From Roseibium sp. (GTDB lineage: Bacteria > Pseudomonadota > Alphaproteobacteria > Rhizobiales > Stappiaceae): a DNA stretch of 64,000 nt. Below, in pieces: positions 18,946 through 28,164 of the stretch. The notes below the pieces were generated by a model. That model searched no databases. It was given only the letters and a program-made list of their open reading frames with translations, and had not been told where the DNA came from. Numbering within the stretch: position 1 is the first letter of the stretch; the number at the start of each line of letters is the position of its first letter. Both the position numbers and the translations under genes were made by a program. The stretch is from positions 88,084 through 152,083 of the forward strand of contig JBDWQP010000013.1 of the NCBI GenBank assembly GCA_039986495.1, read 5' to 3'.

Positions 18946-21108
18946 TTAGGCCGCTTCGACCTCTTTGAGGAAACGATCAACAGTGTTCCGCAGCTGAACG
19001 GTTTTCTCACTAACATCATTGGACGCATTCAGGACTTCACTCGCTGACCCGCTTGTGGTTTTTGACTTGTCACTGATTGTGACCATAGCTCCGGCAACCG
19101 TCCGCGTACCTTGTGCGGCCTCTTGAACATTCGAAGAGATTTCGTTGGTCGCCAGACCCTGCTCCTGAACCGCTGTTGCGATGGTTTCGGTATAGCTATC
19201 AACCTGCCCCATCGTCTCAGCAATAGACCCGATAGCAGACACTGCGTCTGTCGTGGCGGCCTGCACTTCCGCGACCTGAGAGGCAATCTGTTCGGTTGCT
19301 TTCGCGGTTTGGGTCGCCAAATCCTTCACTTCAGAAGCCACCACAGCGAACCCTCGACCAGCCTCACCGGCACGAGCTGCTTCGATCGTCGCGTTCAGCG
19401 CAAGCAAATTGGTTTGTTCTGCTATATCGGAAATCAGATTGACGACGTCGCCAATGTTCTGAGCAAGTTTGGCCAATCCGCCAATCCGGTCATTGGTTTC
19501 CTGAGCAGAGGAAACTGCTTCACGAACGATTTCGGTTGTACTGTCGACCTGACGGCTAATTTCCTGGATAGATGCGGACAACTCTTCTGAAGCCGATGCA
19601 ACGGTTTGCACATTCGCAGACGCCTGTTCAGACGCTGAGGATGCATTGGTCGCTTCGCCTGCTGTTTCATCCGCGATCCCGTTCAGGCCGCGAGCGGCAT
19701 CTTGCATCTTGCCATTGTTTTCAACAACGACATCAAGCATTTCCTCTACATCGGTCCGGAAGCCTTCAATAAGTGCTTTAACAGTTTCTGCCTGTTGTTC
19801 ACGCGCGTTCTGACTTTCGCCCTGCTCTTGCTGCAACTGTTCTCGTTCCAGAGCATTCTCACGGAACACTTTCACCGTGTTTGCCATGTCAGCGATCTCG
19901 TCGTTTGTTGCCTGACGAGGCACATCAATATCCGTATCGCCATCAGCCAAGGCTTCCATCGCTTGTGACAAGCCCTTGATCCGTCCGACAAGACGACCAG
20001 AAATGATAACCCCGAAAACGCCGGCACCAACGGAGCTCAGCACCGCGATAAGCAGGATCCAGTTCCGCAGGGCCGTTAGTGGGGCAAGGACTTCTGCAAC
20101 GTCCTGAACAACAACAAGGGAATAGGAATGTCCAAGGTACTCAAATGGCACCAAGGCTGCGTAGACTTCGCGACCCTGGAAATCACTCAGAGTATTAAAG
20201 ACAGGCGCACCGCCCATAGCAGCCAAAACAGTATCGTTCTTGAGAAGATCACTCATGACTTCTGAGGCATCTGCTGTACGGTTGCTATCGTTCTGGATGA
20301 TCCCGTCGCCATTGACCAAAAATACGTTTCCAGTTTCACCAAGCCCGGCATATTTGCCGAGCATCTTGCTGATCTTCGCAACAGGCGTTTCATAAATGGC
20401 AACACCGATGATCTTTGACCCCACGGAAATCGGGGCTGAAAGAAATCCTGTCGGTATATCGCCTGCCGCCACATACGGTGCCGCATCGACAATGTGAATT
20501 TCGTCCGGTGCCCCTTGAAGCGCGGTCTGGAATGCAGTGAAAACGCTTGTTTCATTCCAGGGCGCCGAATTCAGGTTCTGAGCAAAGTCACCTTTTTTGT
20601 GAACCGAGTAGATGACATCGCCAGCCGGATTGGCGAGCAACAATTCTGGAAAACTGTTGGCGGCGGCAAATTCTCTCAAGGACGTATGATGTTTCGAATG
20701 TGCTTTATCGTAGGGCTTGCGCCCAGCCTTCACCAATTCAGAACGCTGATCATCCGGATGCGGATTGTTATCAATATAAACCTTCGTCAATAGCGCCTGA
20801 GCCTTGTCTCCGTATTTGGCCCAGTTCTTGTCAAAATCGGAATAAGCAGCCCGAAGGTTTTTACCGGAGGCATGCCCGGATATGAGAGAACGTTTCGTCG
20901 CGAAATAGTCGAGCAATGCATCTTTACGGCTCTCAGCAAGACCCATCAGGCGCTCTTCAGCCAACCCCCGGATACTTTGCGCACCAGAGAGGTAACTGGC
21001 AGCCCCAACGCCCGCAGAGCAGATGAGCGCAATTCCCACCATTATCGCTGGCAACTTTCTCGATACTTTCACAGACGTCCCCTCCAAACTTGGGAAAGGT
21101 AAGGCCAT
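18946..21108 (-). CDS. Methyl-accepting chemotaxis protein, dCache-type sensor
   Basis: Two TM segments, periplasmic YIDNNPHP...[51 protein letters not shown]. Confidence 0.95.
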   Translation of the reverse strand: MALPFPSLEGTSVKVSRKLPAIMVGIALICSAGVGAASYLSGAQSIRGLAEERLMGLAESRKDALLDYFATKRSLISGHASGKNLRAAYSDFDKNWAKYGDKAQALLTKVYIDNNPHPDDQRSELVKAGRKPYDKAHSKHHTSLREFAAANSFPELLLANPAGDVIYSVHKKGDFAQNLNSAPWNETSVFTAFQTALQGAPDEIHIVDAAPYVAAGDIPTGFLSAPISVGSKIIGVAIYETPVAKISKMLGKYAGLGETGNVFLVNGDGIIQNDSNRTADASEVMSDLLKNDTVLAAMGGAPVFNTLSDFQGREVYAALVPFEYLGHSYSLVVVQDVAEVLAPLTALRNWILLIAVLSSVGAGVFGVIISGRLVGRIKGLSQAMEALADGDTDIDVPRQATNDEIADMANTVKVFRENALEREQLQQEQGESQNAREQQAETVKALIEGFRTDVEEMLDVVVENNGKMQDAARGLNGIADETAGEATNASSASEQASANVQTVASASEELSASIQEISRQVDSTTEIVREAVSSAQETNDRIGGLAKLAQNIGDVVNLISDIAEQTNLLALNATIEAARAGEAGRGFAVVASEVKDLATQTAKATEQIASQVAEVQAATTDAVSAIGSIAETMGQVDSYTETIATAVQEQGLATNEISSNVQEAAQGTRTVAGAMVTISDKSKTTSGSASEVLNASNDVSEKTVQLRNTVDRFLKEVEAA

Positions 21109-21129
21109 TTGGCCTTACCTTGTTAGATC

Positions 21130-21699
21130 TTAGAGTTTTTCGACGTTTACACCGAAGGTCACAGCGCCGATGGGCTCACCTGAATCCGGATCAACAACAG
21201 GAACGCTCACCTGGCTCTGAAGCAATTGGGTACTGTCGTCCTGCTCAAGCTCACTGACATGTACAGAGCCTTTGCCAGCACCAAATGTTTCTTTCCACTT
21301 AGCCTCGTCACCCTGCCAATAATCCGAGGTGACATCGCTTTGGCCGACATTCAAGCCTTTCGCGTCCATGACAAAAACTTCAGTGTAGAGACCGTCACTG
21401 CTCTCCTGAATACCCGCCAAATAGCCAGAAAGGCTATTGTCGAGGATGCTATCGATCATTGGCTGATCGACAGCTTCCGTTTCAGCGCGCCATGTCTTGT
21501 CGAGCTCGTCTATTTTTGCCTGATCGTGGCCAGCTGTTTCGCCGTTTTGAGCTTTGACAGCTGCAATGACTTCAGATGAAGACGCAATCTCAGCAATATT
21601 GGAATTTGCCAGCGCTTCAAGTTCGGACTGAAATTCATTGGAAAAAGCAGCACTGGTCGTCATGACCAAAAATAACGCAGAATGCGTAAGGGCTTTCAT
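21130..21699 (-). CDS. Stand-alone secreted Cache/PDC-like domain protein
   Basis: Signal peptide; EVFVMDAKGLNVGQSDVTSDYWQGDEAKW; QSQVSVPVVDPDSGEPIGAVTFGVNV; 21 nt upstream of the MCP gene. Confidence 0.8.
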   Translation of the reverse strand: MKALTHSALFLVMTTSAAFSNEFQSELEALANSNIAEIASSSEVIAAVKAQNGETAGHDQAKIDELDKTWRAETEAVDQPMIDSILDNSLSGYLAGIQESSDGLYTEVFVMDAKGLNVGQSDVTSDYWQGDEAKWKETFGAGKGSVHVSELEQDDSTQLLQSQVSVPVVDPDSGEPIGAVTFGVNVEKL

Positions 21700-21917
21700 C
21701 AGAGTAATCTCCACTTGGTTCCGATCCCTCACCAAACGTCATACAAATTAATTTCAAGTTTATTTTAAGTAATAAATTAAGTTGCGTTATTTTTTACTAC
21801 ACTAATTAATGTATTTTTGTATATGAAATAAATTATCGCGTTTTATCAAGTGTAACATTGCCTGTATTGATACAATTACTTATGACTGTCGTTTCTAAAA
21901 AGGAATTTGCCCGCGAC

Positions 21918-21946
21918 TTGCTCACCCGCAGACTTTCGGGTATACC
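21918..21946 (+). promoter_or_regulatory. Sigma70-type promoter of rplY
   Basis: TTGCTC-N17-TATACC. Confidence 0.55.
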
Positions 21947-22060
21947 GCGCTCGCGTCTCACCCCTGGAGGAGGCGTATCTGGGCCGATTCCGAACAATTC
22001 AAGTCTGATCCAAGACGTGATCGTTCGCCGGCCCAATTCTATACCCAAAGGAGTTTCCCC

Positions 22061-22690
22061 ATGGCTGCAAGCTATGAGCTGAAGGCATCGGCACGGGACC
22101 GGGTGGGCAAGGGGGCCGCACGGTCACTGCGTCGTGAAGGCCTTCTACCTGCCGTAATCTACGGTGACAAAAAACCTGCCCTACCGATTACAATTCCGGT
22201 GAAAGAAACGACACTTACCCTGCACAAGGGTGGGTTTCTGATCAACATCGGCACGATTGACATCGACGGCAAAAAACACAAAGTCATCGCAAAGGACTAT
22301 CAGCTGCACCCGGTGCGCGATACTGTCCAGCACGTTGATTTCCTTCGCGTTTCTGCCAACACAGTTCTGACTGTTGATATCCCGGTTGTCTTCATCAATG
22401 AAGAAGAATGCCCAGGTATCAAAAAGGGCGGCATGCTGAACGTTGTTCGCCACACTGTGGAAATGAACGTTCCTGCTGACGCAATTCCAGAATCCCTGGT
22501 CTTCGACCTGTCAGAAACGGACATCGGCGACACGCTGCATATCTCGGCGACCACTTTGCCGAAGGGTGCACAGCCAACCATCACCGATCGTGACTTCACA
22601 GTTGCAACGCTTGCGGCCCCAGGTGGCGGCGCGCAGGACGATGATGAAGCTGAAGCGTCTGAAGAAGGCGAAGAGGAAGCAAGCGAATAA
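22061..22690 (+). CDS. rplY: 50S ribosomal protein L25/Ctc
   Basis: [36 protein letters not shown], acidic tail; AAGGAG RBS. Confidence 0.97.
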   Translation: MAASYELKASARDRVGKGAARSLRREGLLPAVIYGDKKPALPITIPVKETTLTLHKGGFLINIGTIDIDGKKHKVIAKDYQLHPVRDTVQHVDFLRVSANTVLTVDIPVVFINEEECPGIKKGGMLNVVRHTVEMNVPADAIPESLVFDLSETDIGDTLHISATTLPKGAQPTITDRDFTVATLAAPGGGAQDDDEAEASEEGEEEASE

Positions 22691-22711
22691 GCTTGTTGTT
22701 CTAAGACATTC

Positions 22712-22767
22712 GCAGGAGGCGACCCTCGCCTCCTGCCCTCAAAAGCAGCCACCCTTGGCTGCTTTTT
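22712..22767 (+). terminator. Tandem hairpins after rplY (the second is an intrinsic terminator)
   Basis: GCAGGAGGCGA-ccc-TCGCCTCCTGC, then AAAAGCAGCCA-ccct-TGGCTGCTTTTT. Confidence 0.75.
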
Positions 22768-22796
22768 CGTTTCAGGACGGATCTTGTAGGTAAGCC

Positions 22797-23546
22797 ATGA
22801 AACTGATCTTCGGCCTTGGCAATCCGGGTGCAAAATATGCAGGACACCGGCACAATATCGGCTTCATGGCCGTCGACGAGATTCATCGACGTCATTCCGG
22901 TTTCCAGCCATGGCGTGCGCGTTTCCAGGCTCAGGTTTCTGAAGGACGGCTGGGATCGGAAAAAGTCCTGCTGATCAAACCGTCGACACACATGAACGAA
23001 TCCGGCCGATCCGTCGGTGAAGCCATGCGGTTCTATAAGGTTGAACCGGAAGACATTGTCGTCATCTATGACGAACTGGATCTGCCACCGGCGAAATTTC
23101 GGATGAAAAAGGGCGGCGGCCACGGTGGCCACAATGGCCTGCGCTCCATCTCGGCACATATTGGCCCCGAATACCGGCGACTGCGCCTCGGGATTGGTCA
23201 TCCAGGCGACAAAAAACTGGTTTCCAACTACGTGCTTGGTGATTTCGCCAAGGCGGATCATAAATGGCTGGATCCGCTATTGACCGAGGTCGCCGATCAG
23301 GCCGAGCTTCTGGCAGACGGCAAGGACAGCCAGTTCGCCAACAAGCTCACACTGGCTCTGGAGCCTGAAAAAGCGCAACGGAAAGCCAAACCGACGAATG
23401 ACCAACCGCAGGCAGCCAAACCTTCACCACCTAAAGCCAAGAGCCACATTCACCAGGCTCGCCAGCAGAAGCCTGTTTCTTTGCCGAAGTCCGGCCCAAT
23501 GGCGGACATGCTGAAAAAATTGCTCGGTGGCGGCAACAAGAGTTAG
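22797..23546 (+). CDS. pth: Peptidyl-tRNA hydrolase
   Basis: [40 protein letters not shown]. Confidence 0.97.
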   Translation: MKLIFGLGNPGAKYAGHRHNIGFMAVDEIHRRHSGFQPWRARFQAQVSEGRLGSEKVLLIKPSTHMNESGRSVGEAMRFYKVEPEDIVVIYDELDLPPAKFRMKKGGGHGGHNGLRSISAHIGPEYRRLRLGIGHPGDKKLVSNYVLGDFAKADHKWLDPLLTEVADQAELLADGKDSQFANKLTLALEPEKAQRKAKPTNDQPQAAKPSPPKAKSHIHQARQQKPVSLPKSGPMADMLKKLLGGGNKS

Positions 23547-23635
23547 GCCTCAAACCGGTGCAAGCCTTGACCTCGCCTCGCCCCTCGGGCATGTAGCGCG
23601 GCAACAGTTTCAGACACAAACGAAAGCGAACTCTC

Positions 23636-24736
23636 ATGGGTTTCCAGTGCGGCATTGTCGGACTGCCGAATGTTGGCAAGTCCACGCTCTTCAATGCGCT
23701 GACCAAGACAGCGGCTGCTCAGGCCGCGAACTATCCTTTCTGTACCATCGAGCCTAATACCGGTGAAGTGGGCGTTCCCGATCCGCGCCTGTATGCCATT
23801 CGGGATATCGCAGGATCCAAGGAAGTTATTCCGACACGGATTACCTTCGTTGACATCGCCGGTCTTGTGCGCGGCGCGTCCAAAGGCGAAGGCCTCGGCA
23901 ACCAGTTCCTGGCCAACATCCGTGAAGTCGATGCCATTGCACATGTGCTCCGGTGTTTCGAAGATGACGACATTACCCATGTCGAAGGCACGATCGATCC
24001 TATCGCGGATGCGGAAACCGTCGAGACCGAACTTATGGTCGCCGACATGGAAAGCCTTGAAAAACGCGTTGCGCCTTTGCAGAAAAAGGCAAACAGCGGC
24101 GACAAGGAAGCCAAAGCCGCCGTCCCGATCATGGAAGCGGCATTGGCCCTTCTTCAGGACGGCAAACCGGCCCGTCAGCTCGACTTGACTGATCCGGAAG
24201 AACAAAAGATCCTCGAAGGCCTGAACCTTCTGAGCTCCAAGCCGGTTCTTTACGTGTGCAACGTCGAAGAAGCATCCGCCGACAAGGGTAATTCCCTGTC
24301 CGCTAAAGTCGCGGAAATGGCAAAGGCCGAGGGCGCGGCTTCGGTTGTAATTTCCGCCGCTATCGAAGCGGAAATCTCACAGCTCGACAGTGAAGAACAA
24401 GCAGAATTTCTGGAAACCATAGGTCTTGAAGAACCTGGTCTCGACCGCTTGATCCGCACCGGTTATGACCTGCTCGGCCTGATCACCTATTTCACGGCTG
24501 GTCCGAAGGAAACCCGAGCCTGGACAGTCACTGAAGGGACCAAGGCCCCGGGCGCAGCCGGTGTGATCCACACAGACTTCGAGCGTGGTTTTATTCGCGC
24601 GCAAACCATCGCCTATGAGGATTACACAACGCTTGGCGGTGAAAACGCTGCCAAGGAAGCCGGTAAGGCGCGCGATGAAGGCAAGGAATACATCGTCAAG
24701 GACGGTGATGTTCTGTTGTTCAAGTTCAATACCTGA
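23636..24736 (+). CDS. ychF: Ribosome-binding ATPase YchF
   Basis: GIVGLPNVGKST, NYPFCTIEPN, DIAGLV, FTAGPKE, IHTDFERGFIRA. Confidence 0.98.
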   Translation: MGFQCGIVGLPNVGKSTLFNALTKTAAAQAANYPFCTIEPNTGEVGVPDPRLYAIRDIAGSKEVIPTRITFVDIAGLVRGASKGEGLGNQFLANIREVDAIAHVLRCFEDDDITHVEGTIDPIADAETVETELMVADMESLEKRVAPLQKKANSGDKEAKAAVPIMEAALALLQDGKPARQLDLTDPEEQKILEGLNLLSSKPVLYVCNVEEASADKGNSLSAKVAEMAKAEGAASVVISAAIEAEISQLDSEEQAEFLETIGLEEPGLDRLIRTGYDLLGLITYFTAGPKETRAWTVTEGTKAPGAAGVIHTDFERGFIRAQTIAYEDYTTLGGENAAKEAGKARDEGKEYIVKDGDVLLFKFNT

Positions 24737-24765
24737 TCTGCCATCCAGCCAGTCCAATGAAATCA

Positions 24766-24799
24766 CAAAAAGGCGCTGCATTTTGCAGCGCTTTTTTTG
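24766..24799 (+). terminator. Intrinsic terminator after ychF
   Basis: GCGCTGCA-ttt-TGCAGCGC followed by T7. Confidence 0.85.
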
Positions 24800-24927
24800 T
24801 TGCACCACGTCAGAACCGTCATCTTTGGATCTTGCCTGAATATTTGATTAGTTGGCAAAATTATTGTTGTCCAAAAAATTCCATTCCCCTAGTGTAATGA
24901 AATAAAAATTCCGTTTGGGAGGATGGT

Positions 24928-25953
24928 ATGAAAAAATTGAAGACGTTTGCGTCGGTTGGAATACTCGGCCTGATGGTCGGTGCCCCGGCATTGGCAGCAG
25001 AAAAACTCACTTTGTATTGCAGCGCTCAGGAAGACTGGTGCCAGCTCATGGCCAATGGTTTTGCGGATGCGACTGACATCAAAGTCAACATGACACGCAA
25101 GAGCTCTGGTGAAACCTTCGCCCAGATCAAGGCCGAAGGTTCCAATCCCAAGGGTGATGTCTGGTGGGGTGGCACCGGCGATCCTCATTTGCAGGCAGCA
25201 GAAGAAGGCCTGTCAGAAGCTTATGTGACACCGATACGCGGCGAATTGCAGGACTGGTCCATTTCACAGGCGACATCCGCCAGTGACAAGACAATCGGCA
25301 TTTACTCCGGCGCTCTTGGATACGGTTATAATTCTGATCTGCTTGAAAAAGCCGGCCTTCCAGCGCCAGCCTGCTGGAAGGACCTGTTGAAGCCGGAATA
25401 CAAAGGCCACGTGCAAATGGCCAATCCGAATTCATCAGGCACTGCCTACACGACACTCGCAACCATCGTTCAGCTCTTTGGCGAAGACGAAGGATTTGAG
25501 TTCATGAAGGGCCTGCACAAGAACATCAACCAGTACACAAAGTCCGGATCTGCTCCGATCAAGGCAGCTGCACGCGGCGAAAACACCATTGGTATCGTGT
25601 TCATGCATGACGCAGTCAAACAGGCTGCTGCAGGTTTCCCGATCAAAGTGGTCGCACCATGCGAGGGCACCGGCTACGAAATCGGCTCCATGTCGATCGT
25701 CAAGGGCGCTCGTAATCTGGACAATGCGAAGAAGTTCTATGACTGGGCGCTTTCAGCCGATGCGCAAGGTCTTGCTCTGCAAGTGAACGCATTCCAGGTT
25801 CCCTCAAACAAGGGCGCGCCGACATCGGACAAGGCACCTGATCTGTCGACTATCAAGCTGATCGACTATGATTTCGCCAAATACGGCTCCAGCGCAGAGC
25901 GCAAGCGCCTCCTGAAAAAATGGGATGATGAGGTTTCGACACTGCCGCAATAA
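24928..25953 (+). CDS. ABC substrate-binding protein, AfuA-like (sugar-phosphate/'Fe3+' family)
   Basis: Signal peptide, LTLYCS, SSGETFAQI, DVWWGGTGDPH, ANPNSSGTAY, FMHD, GTGYEIG. Confidence 0.85.
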   Translation: MKKLKTFASVGILGLMVGAPALAAEKLTLYCSAQEDWCQLMANGFADATDIKVNMTRKSSGETFAQIKAEGSNPKGDVWWGGTGDPHLQAAEEGLSEAYVTPIRGELQDWSISQATSASDKTIGIYSGALGYGYNSDLLEKAGLPAPACWKDLLKPEYKGHVQMANPNSSGTAYTTLATIVQLFGEDEGFEFMKGLHKNINQYTKSGSAPIKAAARGENTIGIVFMHDAVKQAAAGFPIKVVAPCEGTGYEIGSMSIVKGARNLDNAKKFYDWALSADAQGLALQVNAFQVPSNKGAPTSDKAPDLSTIKLIDYDFAKYGSSAERKRLLKKWDDEVSTLPQ

Positions 25954-25955
25954 CA

Positions 25956-28160
25956 GTGAACACCTCAACATTAAGAAAATCCGCCCATCCGATTCTGATC
26001 TTCTGGATCATGATCGGATGGCTCGGGTTTGCCGTTCTTCCCTGGTACGGAATTGAAGACTTCTGGACGCTGGAGTGGCTCGTCGACGGATATCCGTTCG
26101 ACAGCGACTATGCGCCTGGACTGTTCCTCATTGCCCAAGGTGAGAAACTCTGGCTTGCACCGCTGATATTACCACTTATCGGAGCCCTTGCAGCTCTCGC
26201 GCTGCCCAAAACTCATCCAAATTACGCTAACATTTTAGTTCTTGCTGGAGGGTTTGGCGCCGCATGGCTGATTGCGCAAGGCTTTGGCATTGGCCTGCGT
26301 GGCTGGACGTTTGCCTGGCAAGAAACCTTGTTTGGACCACTTGGAGACCGCCAATTCGGCATGGGCTATGGTGCCATGCTCCTTGCGACAAGCTTCCTCT
26401 TTCTGCTCACCCAGGGAATTGCCGCAAGAGGTGCCGTTAACGGCGATGTCTTCGTTGTCTCGTCCATCGGCTTTGTGATCACAGTCGTTTCGGTTTTCGT
26501 GTTTTTTCCGATCGCCAAGTTGTTGATTGCAGCCTTCATCACTGAAGACAACACATACTCTGTTGTTGTGTTCTTTTCGAAGTTTCTAAGCTCGCGGCTC
26601 TGGAGCCTTGACTGTCTGTCAGGCGGACGTTGCGGCGCAGCGTGGAACTCTCTGTTTCTCGCCATTCTGGTCGGTTTTTTGACAACGGCACTCGGTTTGG
26701 TGTTCGCACTTGTCGCGACACGTACCCAGTTCAAGTACAAAAAGCTGCTACGGGCACTCACGGTTCTGCCGATCATCACTCCACCCTTTGTGATCGGACT
26801 GGCAATCATCCTGCTGTTTGGTCTATCCGGTACAATCACCACCACCTTCGCCGACACTTTTGGTCTTCAGCCCACCCGTTGGGTTTACGGCATGCCCGGT
26901 GTCCTGATTGCCCAGGTACTGGCGTTTACGCCGATTGCCTTTCTCGTCCTGATTGGCGTTGTCGAGGGCGTCAGCCCTTCGATGGAAGAAGCTGCCCAAA
27001 CACTTCGGGCCAGCCGCTGGCAGGTTTTCAAAACGGTTTCCCTGCCCTTGATGCGCCCGGGACTGGCAAACGCCTTTCTGCTTGGTTTCATTGAAAGTAT
27101 GGCCGACTTCGGCAATCCGCTGGTTCTCGGCGGTAATTTCGATGTCCTGTCGACAGAGATTTTCTTTGCCATCGTCGGTGCGCAATATGATCAGGGACGC
27201 GCAGCGGTTCTGGCCATTGTCTTGCTCGGCTTTACGCTCTCGGCTTTCTATGCACAGCGTTTCTGGCTCGGCAAGAAATCCTATACGACTGTTTCGGGCA
27301 AAGGTGATTCCGGGATACACCCGAACCTGCCGCTCCAGCTGACCGTGCCAGTTTATGCAATTGCAGCTGTCTGGGCGCTGTTCACCATCGTGATTTACGT
27401 GATGATCATCTACGGCTCATTTGTAGAGCTGTGGGGTGTCAACAACACACTCACCTTCAAACACTATGTCACAGCCTTCTCACTTCGGTTGACGGAAGAA
27501 GGCATCCGCTGGACGGGATCTGCGTGGAACAGCTTCTGGACTACGGTTCAGATCTCCGCCCTTGCCGCCCCGCTGACTGCAGCGGTCGGATTGATCACTG
27601 CATATCTTCTGACCCGGCAATCCTTCATGGGCAAGAACGCCTTTGAATTTGGCACTATGTTGAGTTTCGCGATCCCGGGAACGGTCATCGGCGTGAGCTA
27701 CATTCTAGCATTCAATGTGCCACCAATCGAGATCACCGGCACGGGTGTCATCCTGATCATCAGCTTTATCTTCCGCAACATGCCGGTTGGCGTGCGGGCG
27801 GGGATTGCCTCGATGAGCCAACTAGACAAGAGCCTGGATGAAAGTTCGCTCACGCTTGGCGCCAACAGCGCCGCAACGTTCAGACGGGTGATCTTGCCGC
27901 TCCTGAAACCGGCGATTCTGGCAGCTCTGGTCTATTCGTTCGTGCGGGCCATGACAGCAATCTCTGCGGTCATTTTCCTGGTCAGCGCGGAATACGACAT
28001 GGCGACGAGCTACATCATCGGCCGGGTTGAAAACAACGATTACGGTCTGGCAATCGCCTATTCAACGACCTTGATCTTCGTGATGCTGGCCGCAATCGGC
28101 ATCCTCCAGCTGCTGGTTGGACGCACCAATATTGGTCGCCGCAATCGCGGAGCCAAGTAG
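25956..28160 (+). CDS. ABC permease with fused duplicated domains (AfuB/FbpB type)
   Basis: 734 aa polytopic protein with two EAA loops (SMEEAAQTLRA; SLDESSLTLGA). Confidence 0.92.
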   Translation: MNTSTLRKSAHPILIFWIMIGWLGFAVLPWYGIEDFWTLEWLVDGYPFDSDYAPGLFLIAQGEKLWLAPLILPLIGALAALALPKTHPNYANILVLAGGFGAAWLIAQGFGIGLRGWTFAWQETLFGPLGDRQFGMGYGAMLLATSFLFLLTQGIAARGAVNGDVFVVSSIGFVITVVSVFVFFPIAKLLIAAFITEDNTYSVVVFFSKFLSSRLWSLDCLSGGRCGAAWNSLFLAILVGFLTTALGLVFALVATRTQFKYKKLLRALTVLPIITPPFVIGLAIILLFGLSGTITTTFADTFGLQPTRWVYGMPGVLIAQVLAFTPIAFLVLIGVVEGVSPSMEEAAQTLRASRWQVFKTVSLPLMRPGLANAFLLGFIESMADFGNPLVLGGNFDVLSTEIFFAIVGAQYDQGRAAVLAIVLLGFTLSAFYAQRFWLGKKSYTTVSGKGDSGIHPNLPLQLTVPVYAIAAVWALFTIVIYVMIIYGSFVELWGVNNTLTFKHYVTAFSLRLTEEGIRWTGSAWNSFWTTVQISALAAPLTAAVGLITAYLLTRQSFMGKNAFEFGTMLSFAIPGTVIGVSYILAFNVPPIEITGTGVILIISFIFRNMPVGVRAGIASMSQLDKSLDESSLTLGANSAATFRRVILPLLKPAILAALVYSFVRAMTAISAVIFLVSAEYDMATSYIIGRVENNDYGLAIAYSTTLIFVMLAAIGILQLLVGRTNIGRRNRGAK

Positions 28161-28164
28161 GATA

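Noticed and set aside
21858-22082. 74-aa ORF upstream of rplY
   Set aside because: It overlaps the predicted promoter and structured leader in another frame and has no coding signature.
24852-24868. Sigma54-like TGGCA...TTG upstream of the Afu-like operon
   Set aside because: The invariant -12 GC is missing (GT instead).
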